Below, one piece after another: positions 38,701 to 52,803 of a stretch of DNA of 64,000 nt. The position numbers and the translations under genes are program-made. This stretch comes from Ptychomitrium polyphyllum (lineage: Eukaryota). The DNA is taken from NCBI GenBank assembly GCA_973851085.1, contig OZ316775.1, positions 16,988,001 to 17,052,000 of the forward strand, given 5' to 3'. The notes beneath the pieces are model-generated. The model made no database searches and had not been told where the DNA came from. It saw nothing but the letters and a program-made list of their open reading frames with translations. Position 1 is the first letter of the stretch; each line of letters opens with the position of its first letter.

Positions 38701-39632
38701 TTTGGGCCATTGTTCTTGAGTTGTGCTAAAGTGGATCACAACAGAATTCTAACTTCCCTTGCTGCCGGTCCCTTTGTCATCTACTTTTTTCTATTTCACT
38801 CCAGCTCCGCAGGTCGCAATGGGTCTTTTGAGTGGCCGGTCTCTACTATGTTGGGTTTGCTTGTACTTGCAGCTCTGCTGGTTCTTCCGTTGTTCTCTAC
38901 TCTCTGTTTCACCTTAGTTTTGCAAGTCGTGGTGGATCTTCACTTGATCGGTCTTTGCTCGGCCGGTTTTGCCTTCGGGGATCTCAACCCTGTCAACCTT
39001 GCATTCCAACTCACGAGGTACCATTTTTTCCCCTCCTCCCCCGCAAACTCAAGGAGAAGGGAAAAAAAACAACTACAAGGTTCTACTAAATTAGGGTTCT
39101 CCTTTGCTTCTACACTCTTACAAACACTTGCTAACTCTTAATCCACCTAATCCGTCCTAAAACTGCTGCATCAATCTTCATTCTTGCTTACTTCTTTTCC
39201 ACTTCTATCAAACTTACTTGCCATTCTCTCATTCTTTCAAAAAATCTTCCTCCAAGACTTTCTTCCAAGAGACTTTTTCTTCCCTTTCTACTACTGATTC
39301 AATTCTTTGTAATTCCAATTCCCTAAATCTTATTCTTCCAAGCCCCCTTCAAATTATTCTAACTACTCGTTAAATACCTTACTTCATTTCTTGAATTTCC
39401 TAATCAAATTGTAACAATAATTTTTCCTAATTCTAAAATTTTTAAATATAGATGTAATTCTAAAATCAATAACTGTTCTAAATTTTGACTATCATTCAAA
39501 ATTGAGCTGCAATCCTAAAATGAGCAGCAAAGATATCCAAGTTGTAGAATTCATCATTTTTTCTATAATTCCATTCTTGCATTGGCCTTAAGTATCAAGG
39601 ACCATGAATGTCGTGCATCTCTCCTTCATGAA

Positions 39633-41190
39633 TGCTCGCAATACTAAGGGCACAAGGAGGAGCCCGGAGTAGCGTCTGGAACTTGTGGCACCAATAGTGA
39701 GGTGAACCGAATGGGTTTAGCGTGGGAAAGATCCCGAGGGGGAGAGATATCCTTGCCCATGTAGACTGAGGGCCACGAGGGAGAAATTGTAGGCATTGGA
39801 GGACTCACAACAAGTTGATTCTAAATTGCTAAAGATTGCTCAAATCAGATAAGGAAGTTAAAAAATAAAAAATGTGGCATCTCATAGTTGGAGCTGCCAA
39901 GGATTGTTCTAGACTGTGGTAGCCCTAAACTATGATTGTGCTGGACAAGGACAATGTAGGAAGGGACTCCTCGGGCGTCCTTAACCTTGGGAGAGGCATA
40001 TCTCCCAAAATACTAAATTAAATTGGAATTTTGAAGAATTTATTGACATCTGCGCAAAGAATAAATGACGGTAGAGTGGTTGTTTGATAGATTCGAAGAC
40101 CAAACATTGAAGATATGGCTCCCTGAAGGTCTGCAAGAAGTCTTGGAGGCTTCCAGCGGCTAAGTCCCAAGGAAGATTGACTGGTCTTCCAAAGTTTTTG
40201 GTGTGTTGGGGTTCAGCTAGCTACAGAGGGCCAGGGAGCTTGCTGAATCCCATAGAGAGTACTATGGACGAGGGCTGATTCCCTCCCCACTTCCCTAGTG
40301 TCCTGGTAGGAACCAAAGGTGAGTCCTGGTTGGTGGAGCTAGTATTGGGGCTTCACCATGGAGATTCCTACACCATTGTGAATTGATGGATGACAGATTT
40401 CATGAAAAGAACTAGTGAAATTAAAAGAGTATGTTTATTATCACTGAGTTGGTGTGGTGTCTTCACGCTAACACTATGGTGATCCGGGGTGATTTTAGCA
40501 TCACATGGAAATCATGTGTGGTGGTGAAGAGACACCACTTAGTGCGATTAGGCCGTGTGGACTGGAAGTAACAGCAAGTGAGGCCTTGGACATGAATGGA
40601 AGTCCGCACCTAATCATTGGCTACCAATCAATTGGGAGTCCTAAGAGAAATGATAGAGAGTATTAGAAACCAAGCCTAGGACTTGGAGAGTAAAAGTGGG
40701 GGTTTATTGGAGATTAGAGTTGCTCGTAGTATTTACGGTGGTGTAAATAGTATTGTATTATAGTAGATATAAAAGGAGAGAAAATGGGGAGAAAAGGAGG
40801 AGAGGTGAAAGCCATTTAAGAGGTACATATATGGTACACGGTCAACGTAGTAGGAGCAACCCACATGTCTAGCATGGGAAGGCAAGGACAAGTGGGTGTA
40901 TGAGTTGGCATAAAAAAACTTGTAAGTGGCTTTGGAAAGCTACTTACAAGATATTTGAGAAGAACCTTAAAAGGTGCTTGAGACGTCACTACGTGGTAGT
41001 ATAAGTAAAGGCCTTTGAGAGAAGGCCATATCTCATTCCAAGCATTGTTTGTACTACTTTGTGTAGTTTTATGCTTGTGCAATCTTCTTTTCTACTTCTA
41101 GTGACTTCAATAGGGTTAACCATATAAATATGGGGGTGTACAGGGTTGACGTGCATTACTTTGTTAAGGTGCATTACAAGGGTTGCAATA
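39633..41190 (+). mobile_element. Solo LTR of family B (long variant) with 5-bp TSD ATGAA
   Basis: Homologous end to end with reverse complement of 9481-10600 apart from an extra ~430 bp. Termini TGCTCGCAA...GTTGCAATA. ATGAA at 39628-39632 and 41191-41195. Confidence 0.88.
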
Positions 41191-43244
41191 ATGAACATCT
41201 GCCTATTTGTCTTTTACTTCCTTTAATAACAACTATAATCCAACTTCTTGTGCCTTAATTAGATCTAATATTTTCTACAATGTTAAATTTTGTCATTTTT
41301 TAAACTTAAAATCTATAATAAGTTGATTCTACAGCTCACACAATCCAAACTAGTCTAATTTGGAGCTGCACTAATCTTTTTAAAGTGGCGTTATAATTGT
41401 AAACTAGATTAAAAGGTTGACTTTGCATTTGGTTTGAAGCGTATTTTTTTCATAAAATTAAAATATTTGAAGCCAAGTACAACATAATGAAAATTCCAAG
41501 CAATGATCGCTCATGATGAATTTTATGATTTTTTAATAAAATCCTTAAAACATAAAATTTAAATTAAAAATGAAAACTTTTACAAAGAAAAATTGGATGT
41601 TTTTGGCTAATATCTACATATATAAAAAAAAACATGATGGTTGACAATGACTTTATTATTTATACATTACATCTGCTTCTTTCTATTAAACCAATTTGCA
41701 TACTTTGTTTTTGCCATTGTTCTTAGATTTTGATAATTGTTTTATTTGTCGCATCCCTTCATGTTACCATTAGAAAATACCTTGAGTTCAACAATACATA
41801 CAAACATGTGTATTTTAATACATGTTTATAAATATCCAAAGAAATTCATTCAAGAGCAAGACAACTATGTCCAGCACTTCAATTCTCAATTCCACATATG
41901 AGGAACACTAAAAACAAAAAATAGAAACCAAGCAATTTCAAAGAATTAACTTCCAAAAAGCTAATAATCAATAAGAATTGAAACAAAGACTAGAACAAGG
42001 CATGCTATAATATGATCCACAACTTGTATTGGCAAGACTAAGGTACACATTGTTTTGCTTCCTATTTATACTATGAAGCTTGTATTTCCTAGTATACTTC
42101 TAAAAAAGGCTTTTATAAAGCTTGAGAATGTTCCAGAAGTCTATAGAACCTTTATAGGAAGTTTTCCAAGGAGGTGGAAATGGCTATGGAAACATTGAAA
42201 GCAATCTAAGAAACTACTATAATGTCCCAAAAGGTTTTAGAAAAGGTTCTAAAGACTATGTTGCATGATCTAAGTCCGTAGCATCACTTCTTCCTTTAAC
42301 AACAACTTCCATGAAGAGTTCTTTTTGTGGCTTATTTATTACATCTCCACAAATTCCTAAATTTCTCAAAGAAAAGAAGCAATATATTCTACTCATTGTT
42401 CTTTGTCCATTGGCTCAACTGGTCTTTGTAAGAATAGCCAATGACCACTAGCTAAGACTTCTATAGCTGAAATGTCCCAGTTTAAGATTTGATTTTGATT
42501 AAGTCCTTTAAAACATCATCTAAATAGGATCTCTGGTCTTCCAAAATTGACTCTTCCAATTTCTAATAAAATGATTAATGCTCAAACATTTGAATCAAGA
42601 TTAGAATTTAAAGGGCAACTGGCCAATATTTCTATACGGGATTGCATTCGATACTAGAATGCCTCTTTCATATCTTGGCTTAAATCCTCCAATATTGAAG
42701 GTTGAGAAAGTTGAGTTGATTTAGTAGATGTTATTATTGTAGGAGACACGGCTAATTGCTTTTCATGCATATCCATGATATTACAAAGATTTGACAAATT
42801 AGCTAGGATCTCAGGATGATCTATTTTGGAAATAGTGCTGTATACAAATGAAGGTTGGATATTGCTTTTCCTTTCTTATACTTATCTATGAGAAAATCTA
42901 CTTTGTGAAGTTAACAATTATTGATTTATTTTAAATGCATCATTGATGATTTGATTGTTGAAGATATTATTGATGAAATTTGCGTACCTTGTTAAATGCA
43001 TTTGTCAAATTCATCAAAGGTTTCCATATTTGGTCATTGATGCCATATTCTTGTTAGTATAAAGTACTCCACACATCCATTTTTAATGCGTGAATCTAAG
43101 ATCTATTTGGATATATACTCCATTTCATTATCAATTTCCATTGGATGAGTTGGAAGAACAAACCTCTTTGGTATGCATGACTTATTGTAGGTTTTCAACA
43201 AAAATATATGAAACATTGGATGAATTTGCATAATTAGTGGTAGT

Positions 43245-43764
43245 AGTTGTAGACATTGATCATGCAATATAGTCTTTAGATCCTTATAGAACCTTTTGGA
43301 ACATTATAATAGCTTTTTAGATTACTTTCAATGTCTCCATAGCCATTTCCACCTCTTTGCAAAATTTCCTAGGAAGGTTCCACCATCTTAGAAGATTTCA
43401 TTTGAAATTTCCTAGGAATTTTTCTTCACCTTACAAAACTTCTAAGGAAGGTTCCAACTCTTTGGAAGCTTCTTAGGTAGTTTCTACCTTTTTGAGAAAC
43501 TTCTTAAGAAAATTCCATAGACTTTTGCAACATTCTTAAACCTTCTAGTAATTTTCTTTAGAAAAATCCTAGGAGATACAAGCGTTATAGTATAAATAAG
43601 AAGAAAAATAAGGTATACCTTAATCTTGCAAACAAAAATTGAAGATCATATTATATCTTGCCTTATTCTAGTCTTTGTATTAATTCTTGTTAATCATTAG
43701 CTCTTTAGAAATAAATTCTTGGAAAACACTTTGTTTCAATTTTTTGTCTTTTATGTTCATAACA
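43245..43764 (+). mobile_element. Degenerate family-A solo LTR inserted antisense into the old element's pol
   Basis: LTR homology ending ...CATAACA at 43764. Host pol sequence resumes on both sides. No TSD recognisable. Confidence 0.8.
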
Positions 43765-46700
43765 TTAAATTAAAGTGATAACTGATTGTATGTATTTCAT
43801 TAATGATTTCAAACGGTCTCAACCTTTGATAATGTAGCTCCTTCAACGGTCTTTTTGTTTGTATGTTTTGCCATAAGAGCCATGTGCTATCTCCAACTTT
43901 AAACTCTGTATGGTCTTTTTGATGACAATTTCCATAAATTTTGTACCGGTCTTGAGCTTATTGTAATTGGAAAGCAAGTTCTAGGTGGATTTTAGCAAGT
44001 TGAGTTGCAAAATCTTCTGCTGTAAGACTTCCAATATGCTTCATTTGAAATGGGTTGCTTGAGAATGATGGCCATAGCTTGCAAAGAATGGACTTTGAAT
44101 TGTTGAAGAATGCATCGTATTATTGTAAGCAAACTCTGCCGAAGGTAAGAGGTTTATTTAGTTGTCTTGCTGGTAGTTTATGTAGCAACAAAGGTACTGC
44201 TCCAATATTTGATTTACACGTTCAGTTTAACCATTGATTTGCGGATGGTGTGCTGCAAAAAGGTTGATTTTCACGCGCAAGAGCTGGAATAGAGCCTTCC
44301 AAAAGTTGGAAATGAATTGCAGCCTTCAATTGAATACGATATCATTTGGTAGTCTATGTATGCGGTAGATGTGATTTTGGAACAACTTGATAATTTCTTC
44401 TTCTATTATTGTCTTGTTGCATAGAATGAAATGCGCCATCTTTGTAAAACAATCCACCACTACCAACTTAGAATCTTTAAAATTGTACTTTGGAAGGTCT
44501 ATGATAAAATTCATAGACAATGACAACTATGGACCCTGTGGCACTAAAAATAGATGGAGGAGACCATGAAGTTGGTGTCTTGGTACCTTGGCTCTTGTGC
44601 AACTGTTGCAAAATCAAACAAACTCCTTCAAGTATTTCCAAATTTGTGGCCACTAATAGTCTCTAGCAATCAACTCCATTGTTTTATTGAATCCAAAATG
44701 CCCAGCCACTGGAAAATCATAACGTGCTTGAAGGATCTTTAATTGCAAAAGACTTGGAGATAGGTACAAAAGATTTGGAGATAGGTGCAAAAATCCTATA
44801 TAAAAACGTAGGCCTTCATGGAATTCAAAATTTTCATCATTATTTGAAAGATTTTCCTTGTCTTTGAGGCGCATCCTCATATTTGAAAGAAAGACATCAG
44901 TTTCAAAGCCCTCCAAATTTTGTCAAGATGGGATCTTGTGATTATAACTGTTGCTTTCAATTGAAGCTTTAATAAAATAATCTTTTATTAATCATAAATG
45001 TGGTCTCTAGGTTTAGAAGCCAAATAAGATCTTCAAGATAAGGCATCTTGCTTACTTTATAGGTTACTAGGTTAATAGATAATGACAAAATCAAATCTTT
45101 AAAGTGACATATGTCACCTTGTTTGACGGCAATTCAGAACGCTTAAGAAATATTCCAAGCTCAAGAAATACTCCAAGCTCTTGTAGTCTGTGTATATTGT
45201 GATGGTATGCTGAGCTCTTTCCAACAAGTGCCGCCATTCCTCATATGCATCCACAATTGCAAGTAATTCCTTATCATGTATATCATAGTTGATCTCTGAT
45301 GCTGAAAACATCTTTAAACAAAAGGGAATAGAGTGGAGTTCCTTGTCTTTATTATTGTGAGAATACTAAGCCAAGCTCAAAATATTTGGCATCCACTTCT
45401 AAAAAAAAAGGCTTTGACGGATTTGGATGAATAAGCATTGGAGCTAGCATGAATGGCTTCTGAAGACCCTGAAATGTTCTTTCTGCCTCTTCATTCCAAA
45501 TGAAAATTTTCTTCTCCGTAAGTTGTGTCAATGGTGCCGTAATCTTAGCATAGTCCTTAATAAATATCTTGCAAAAATTTGCAAATCCCAAGAAACAACG
45601 AACATCTTAAATCAATCTTGGCGTATTCCATTGCATAATAGTACTTATCTTCTTTTCATCCGTATGGATTCCTCCTTTGGAGATTATGTAGCCCGGAAAT
45701 TCAACCAAAGATTCATGGAAAAGGCAAGTCTTGAATTTGAGACATAATCCTTGCTTGTGTACTTATTTCAAGACCATTCATACCCAAATTTTGTGGTCTT
45801 GTTCCTCCTCTAAATTTATCAAAATACCATCCAAGTAGATGAGCACAAAATTATTCAAATATTCATGGAAGATATCATTCATTAAGTATTGGAAGATTGG
45901 AGGAGCATTAGTAAGGCTAAAATCATGAAATTGTATTTCAAAATGGCTATATCTAGATTGAATGGTTGTCTACCATTCGTCTCCTTTTTTAAAATATGTA
46001 AGATTGTAGTCTCCTCTAAAGGCAATCTTGGTGAGTATTTTTCCTTGACCAAGGTTCTATAGGAGTTTTAAGACTAATGGTAATGGATAGCGATTCAAGG
46101 CAGTCAACATGGTTTGTGATAAGTTATAGATAGGTCCAGAATATGGTTGGATTATTTCTTGCAATTCCATGGCACAATTATAAGGCTGATGCTTTAGTAA
46201 TATATGCGCATTCTTCTTCTCAAAAACGTCTTTATAATCTTGGTATTGATGAGGTATGCCCTGATTACATTCTACTATAAAGCCAAACATTGGCGTGGCA
46301 TAAATGGCATAGATTGGTTGATCCTTTGTTGCTTTCATGAATACCTTAGCTTTAATAAATGATGGTCCAAGATTTCTTGTACGTTAACATCTTTTCTTTG
46401 AAACCACACTTCATGAGTGCCAATTAATGTCTAAATTATGTAATTCACACTAAGAAAGGCCAAAGCAATAAGATTTGTTTCACATTGGATGATGTTGAAG
46501 ACAATATTAGACGCTTGGTCTCTTACAACAACCTCCATAAGTTGAATATCTTCAATAACATTATCGGATGCAAGTGATCGTCTATTGATGACTTCAACAT
46601 GTACAAAATGTTTTTTGTTCACAAGCACCGTGTGGTGTATGGTTGAAAAATCCTTGTTCATAAAGCATTCCATTGCACTAGTGTCTAAAAGAGCTTCACT

Positions 46701-48096
46701 AATTATTTCATCATCTAACAATTTGATTTTGATAGGAAATGTAAAGTAAGAGTTAGGGGTTGGAGGTAGTAAGAGACTTTGATTTTATAGCCGTTTCCTT
46801 GTGGTGTCCAGTCACATGGTTCCTATTGTGACTGAACAGCCTTATTTTTCAATTCCATCATTGTGCTTTGAGCCTTAAAAACAAATCTCTTGATTTGGCA
46901 GTGGTGCACTTTATGTCTACACATGCCAGAATACAAACATAAGTTTCTTCTTCAACGCCTTTGATTTTCTTCTAGAGTCAAACGTCTAAATTAGACAGCT
47001 TCAATTTGCATAGGTTATAGTTCTTGCGGTCAGCTTTCTGATACTTTTGAAGAAGTGGTTGCCATACCTTAATGTACCAATTGTTATTCCAAGCACTGTT
47101 TTTAGCACCTTTCAAATAATTTATTATCACGTGTTATTGCTTGAGTGATGAATTCGTCCAACGTTTCAACCTTTGGCATTGTAAGTAGCAAGTCCTTCAT
47201 ATTCTTTCTTAAATCCTATCAAAATGGAATGACCAAGGCATTATCATTCTAATTAAGGTTGCAAGCTAGTTGTCAAAACTCTACAACATATGTAGCAGCC
47301 AAGCGTTGTTCTTGTTGTTGACTCTAGATTCTTGTTGGAACCATCGTCTCTCGATTGGTGTCTTCAAAGATAGATGTCAACATTTTTATTAAAGCATCTA
47401 AGTTGTTCAATATTGGTGATTGCTTTTGTATTGATGGTGCAAACCACAATAGTGCATTGTTTGATAGAAGAGTGGCTATAAATCCCACTTGAGTAGTGCC
47501 ATTATGATAGCAAGATTGATTCAAACTAAAAAAGAGCCTTACTTGTTGAACAAAGCCTGTCAACTTTGACCTTGGTCCATTAAATTTGTTTGGCATACTA
47601 ATATTTGGGTGTGCATAGATTTGACAAAATACTTTTCTTTTAATATTGGCCTCTTGCAATTGAACAACTTATTAATATGAACTGTGAGCATTGCTATTGG
47701 ATTCTTTAGCTTACCGAGTGTGCTGCTGAAAATTGTTGATGGTGTTGAAACAAGCAAGTTCCGTTCAACTTGTGTTTAATAATTTTTGAAGGTCTACAAT
47801 AGTTACAAACCTTTTCTTTGATGTTTTTGGTACTTCATTCATTATTTAGGTCTGTAAAAGAAGAAAAGACTATGAACATCTTCAAAAGACGCTAATTTGC
47901 ATCCTTTGGAAGATTAATCCTTCTTTAAAACAAATAGTATTTGCTTTTACAAGATGAAATCATCTTATGGTTTTAGCTTAGAAGAGGGTAATCCGCAACC
48001 TCTAAGACGCTATGGAATCCTAAAGAAGATGGATAATCTACTATCTTCTTCAAAGAACCTTTATTTTGACAAAGATGAAAAGTAGTCTTGCCAAAT

Positions 48097-48678
48097 CGTT
48101 AGGGATATAAAAATCAAGAAGCAAAGACAAAGTGCTTTTTAAGATTTAACTTTCAAAGAGCTAATGATTAACAAGAACTAATATGAAGATTAGAATAATA
48201 TTGGATACAATATGATCTACAATTTTTGTTGGAAAGACTATGGTATACCATCTCTTGCTTCCTATTTATACTATGACGTTTGTATCTCCTAGGATACTTC
48301 TAAAAAAGCTTCCTACAAGGCTTAAGAATGTTATGGAAGTCTAAGGAACCTTCCCAAGAAGTTTCCTAAGATGTTGGAACCTTCCTAAGAGTCTTATAAG
48401 GAATTGGAATCTCCATTGGAAGTTTTCTAAGGTAGCGAAACCTTCTTAGGCAGTTTCCTAAAGAAGTAGAATCTTTGTAGGAAGTATTCTAAGAAGTTAC
48501 TTAAAATGATAGAACCTTCATAGGAACTTTTCTAAGGTGGAAGAACTTTCCTACGAAGCTTCCTAAAAACATGGAAAGACTATGGAGACATTTAAAAGTA
48601 TTCTAAGAAGCTATTATATTATACTAAAAGGTTCTGAAATGTTCTAAATGCTATGTTGCATGGTCTATGTCCATGACA
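48097..48678 (-). repeat. Family-A LTR shared by two tandem internal regions
   Basis: On the minus strand it is preceded by a PPT (AAATAGGGAGG-TGA) and followed by the PBS-like TTGGCAAGACTA and a gag leader. Confidence 0.88.
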
Positions 48679-48733
48679 TCACCTCCCTATTTAGTGACGA
48701 GTCCCATAAAGAGCTCTTTTCTTCACTTGCTTA

Positions 48734-49334
48734 TCACATTTCTACAAATTCCAAAATTTGTCGAAGGAGTGAAACAACATATTCTGCTCGTTGTTCTTTG
48801 TTCACTGGTTCAACTGGTCCTTGCAAGAAGCGCCGATGGCCACCAGCCAAGACTTCTGTTGTTGAAATATTCCATCCCAAGATTTGATCTTGAATTAAGT
48901 CCTTTAAGACATCCTCCAAACAAGATTTCAGGTCCTCCAGGAGTGACTCTTCCAATTTCAAACAAGATGACTAGAGCGCGAGCATCTGAATCAAGACTGG
49001 AATGTGGAAGGCGACTAGCCAATACTTCAACACGAGGTCGTATTCAACGTTGGAATGTCCCTCTCATATCTTGGCTTGGATCCTCCGTTACCGAGGGTTG
49101 AAAAAGTTGAGTTGGCTCAACAGATACTGTTGTTGATAAAGGCATGGCCAATTGCTCTTCACGCATATCCATAATAATCCAAAGATTTGACATAGTAGCT
49201 AGAATCTGGACATGATCTATTTTGGAAATAATACTGCATACAATTGGAGGTTTAGATATCTCTCCTCCTTTCTTCTACTTGTTTATGAAGAAAAAACTTC
49301 TCTGTGAAACTAATGGCTGTTGATAACACATCAT
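48734..49334 (-). pseudogene. ORF3 copy, disrupted
   Basis: Same TGATGATG junction and ...RQILEFVEM* end. Has stops and a 1-nt insertion. Confidence 0.7.
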
Positions 49335-52300
49335 CACTGACCTGGTTTCTAAGGATATCTATGATGAAATTCGCGTATCTTCTCGGATGCATGTGTTACA
49401 TTCGTTGAAGGTTCCTATGTTCGGTCATTGATGCCATATCCTTGCCAATGTATAAGGTACTCCACATGTCCGTTCTTGATGCGTAAATCTAAGATCTCTT
49501 CTACTTCATATTCAATTTCATTATTAATTTCCAGCGGAGGAGGCGAAGGGACAATTCTCTTTGGTATACATGATTTGTTATAGGTTTATAACAACAATAT
49601 GTGGAAAATTGGATCAATTTGCATGTTTGGTGGTAGCTTTAGGAGATAACTAACCGGTTTTATTTGTTTTCTGATTTCAAACGGTCCAAGCCTTTGATAG
49701 TCCAACTTCTTTGATGGTCTTTTTGTCTGTATATTTCGTTGTAGGAGCCATACGTTATCTCCAACCTTGGACTTTGGATGGTCCTTTTGATGGCAATCTG
49801 CATAAGTTTTGTAACAATCTTCAGCTTCTTGTAACTGGAAGGTAATTTCTTGATGGATATTAGCAAGTTGAATTGCAAAATCCTCTGCTACAGGGCTTCC
49901 AACATGCTTCACTTGAAATTGATCTGCTCGAGGATGATGCCCATAGTTTACAAAGAATGGACTTTGAATTGTTGAAGAATGCACCGTATTGTTGTAAGCA
50001 AATTCTGCCAAAGGCAAGAGATCCATCCAATTGACTTGCTGGTAGTTTACGATACACCGAAGGTACAGCTCCAAAATTTGATTCACACGTTCAGTTTGGC
50101 CATCAGTCTGTGGATGGAATGTTGAAGAAAGGTTGATCTTTACACGCAATAGCTGGAATAGAGCCCTCCAAAAGTTGGAAATGAACTACAACCCTCGATC
50201 AGATACAATATCATCTAGTAGACTATATATGCGGTAGACGTGATTTAAGAACAACTTAGCAGTTTCTTTTCGCGTTACCATGTTGTTGTATGGAATGAAA
50301 TGTACCATTACGGTAAATGGATCCACCACTACGAAACTAGAATCCTTAGATTCGAAATTTGGAAGGTCCGTGATAAAATCCATTGATAAATACAACCATG
50401 GGCCCTTTGGCACTAGAAGCGGATGGAAGATACCATGAGGTTGGTGTCTTCGTACCTTGGCTCTTGCACAAGTGTCGCATGATCAAACAAAGTCCTTCAC
50501 GTACTTCCACATTTGTGGCCACCAATAGTCTCCAGCAATCAACGCTATTGTTTTATTGAATCCAAAATGTCCTGCTGCTGGAAAATCATGACGTGCTTGA
50601 AGGATCTTCAACCGCAAAGGGCCTGGAGGTAGGTACAAAAGTCCTTTATAATAAAGTAGGTTCTCTTGGAATTTAAAGTCCTCATCGCTATTCAAAGGAC
50701 CTCCATTTTCTTTGGAACGCTTCTTTATATTTAAAACAAAGACATCATTCTTCAAACTTTTCTGAATTTTATCAAGATGGGATGTTGTTGTAATAATGGC
50801 TGCTTTCAATTGGAAAATGTGTAACTTCAATAAAATAGTATTTTATTGATTCAAAAGATCATCTTCAGGTTGAGGAGCTAAATTAAATCTTTAAGATTAG
50901 GCATTTGGCTTACTTTGTAAGCTACCAGATCAATAGGTAATGACAAAGTCAAATCTGGAAAGCGACATATTCCACCTTGCATGATGGCATTCATGAAAGA
51001 CTCCAAGTTCTTGTGGTTTATATATATTGTGATGGTATATTGAACTCCTTCCAATAATTCTCGCCGTTCTTCAAACGCATCCACAATTGCAAATACTTCT
51101 TTATCATGTATATCATAGTTGATCTCCGCCGCTGAAAGCTTCCTTGAACGAAAGGCAAGAGGGTGATGTTTCCCGTCTTCATCATGTTGTGAGAGTACCG
51201 AGCCAAGTGCAAAATCTGAGGCATCCGCTTCCAAATAAAAAGGCTTTTATGGATTTGGATGAATAAGAATTAAAGCTGATGTGAATGACTTCTTAAGACT
51301 TTGAAATGTTTTTTCTACCTCTTCATTTCAAATGAATTTTTGCTTCCTCGTAAGACATGTTAATGATGCCGCAATCCTAGAAAAATTCTTGATGAATATC
51401 TTGTAGAAGTTTGCAAATCCCAAGAAGTTTTGAACATCTCAAATGGATTTTGGCGTACTCTACTCTATGACAGTGCTTATTTTTTTCTTATACATATGAA
51501 TTCCTCCTTTGGAAATAATGTAGCCTAAAAATTCAACCAATGATTCATGGAAAAGGCACTTCTCCAATTTGGCATATAATCCTCGCTGGCATAGTTTTTC
51601 TAAGACCATTTGCACATGACATTCGTGGTCTTGTTCATCCTTTGAATATATCAAAATATCATCTAAGTAGATGACTACAAAATCATCTAGATATTCATGG
51701 AAGATATCATTCATCATATGTTGAAAGACTGCGAGAGCATTAGTAAGGCCAAAAGGCATGACATTGTATTCAAAATGACCATACCTAGATCGAAAAGCTG
51801 TCTTCCATTCGTCTCCTTCTTTGATGCGTACAAGATTGTAGGCTCCTCTAAGATCAATTTTGGTGAATATCTTTGCTTGGCCAAGTTGTTGTAGGAGTCC
51901 TGAGATTAATGGTAATGGATAGCGATTCATTTTTGTTACTTTATTGAGTCCTCGATAGTCCACGCACATACGTAATGATCCATCTTTCTTCTTTACAAAT
52001 AGAATGGGTGCTCCAGCAGGTGATTTAGAATGTTGAATGAAACCTTTTCCAAGGTTTTCATCAATATATTCTCTCAAGGCAGCCAACTCAGTTTGTGATA
52101 AGTTATAAATAGGTCCAAAAGGCGGTTGGGCTCCTTCTTGCAACTCAATGGTACAATTGTAAAGCTGGTGCTTTGATAACATGTCCGCATTCTTCTTTTC
52201 AAAAACGTCTTTATAATCTTGATATTGACGAGGTATGTTTTGATTAGTCTCTATTGTAGAGCTAGACATTGGCGTGGCATAAATGGCATAGATTGGTGTA

Positions 52301-52798
52301 TCCTTCGCCGCTCTCATAAATGCCTTAGCTCCTATAAACGATGGTCCAAGATTTCTCGTACCTTGGCATCTTTTCCTTGAGACCACACTCCGTGAGCGCC
52401 AGTCAATGTTTGGATTAAGTAATTCAAACTAAGGAAGGCCTAAAACAATGGACTTCGTTCGGCATTGAATGATGTTGAAGGCAATCTTAGATGCCTGGTC
52501 TCCTAAAATAACTTCCAATGGTTGAGTTTCTCCAATAACGTTGCCAAACGCAAGAGATCGTCCATCAATAACTTCAACAGGTGCGGGATGTTTTTTTCTT
52601 CACAAGCACTATGTGATGTTTGGTTGCAAAATCCTTGTCCATGAAACATGCCGTTGCACCAGTGTCTAAGAGAGCCTCGCTAATTATTTCATCATCTAAC
52701 AATTTAATTTTGATAGGAAATGTAAAACAAGAGGTAGGGCTTAAAGGTAGTAAGAGACCTTGATTTGATGGTGGTTTCTTTGTAGTGTCCAATCGCAT
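49334..52798 (-). pseudogene. pol: pol (family A), disrupted; RT portion probably affected by assembly collapse
   Basis: ORF fragments 52574-52798 (PR), 51460-52386 (RT), 50878-51234 (RH), 49586-50830 (INT), plus a chromodomain remnant. Confidence 0.9.
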
Positions 52799-52803
52799 GG
52801 TCC

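Larger units (their letters stand above)
41897..48678 (-). mobile_element. Old, heavily decayed family-A element
   Basis: LTR 48097-48678, PBS-like site near 48083-48094, gag remnant (47324-47659), PR (46431-46721), RT/RH/INT fragments, chromodomain, ORF3 remnant (~42340-42945), short 3' LTR ~41897-42283. Confidence 0.88.
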
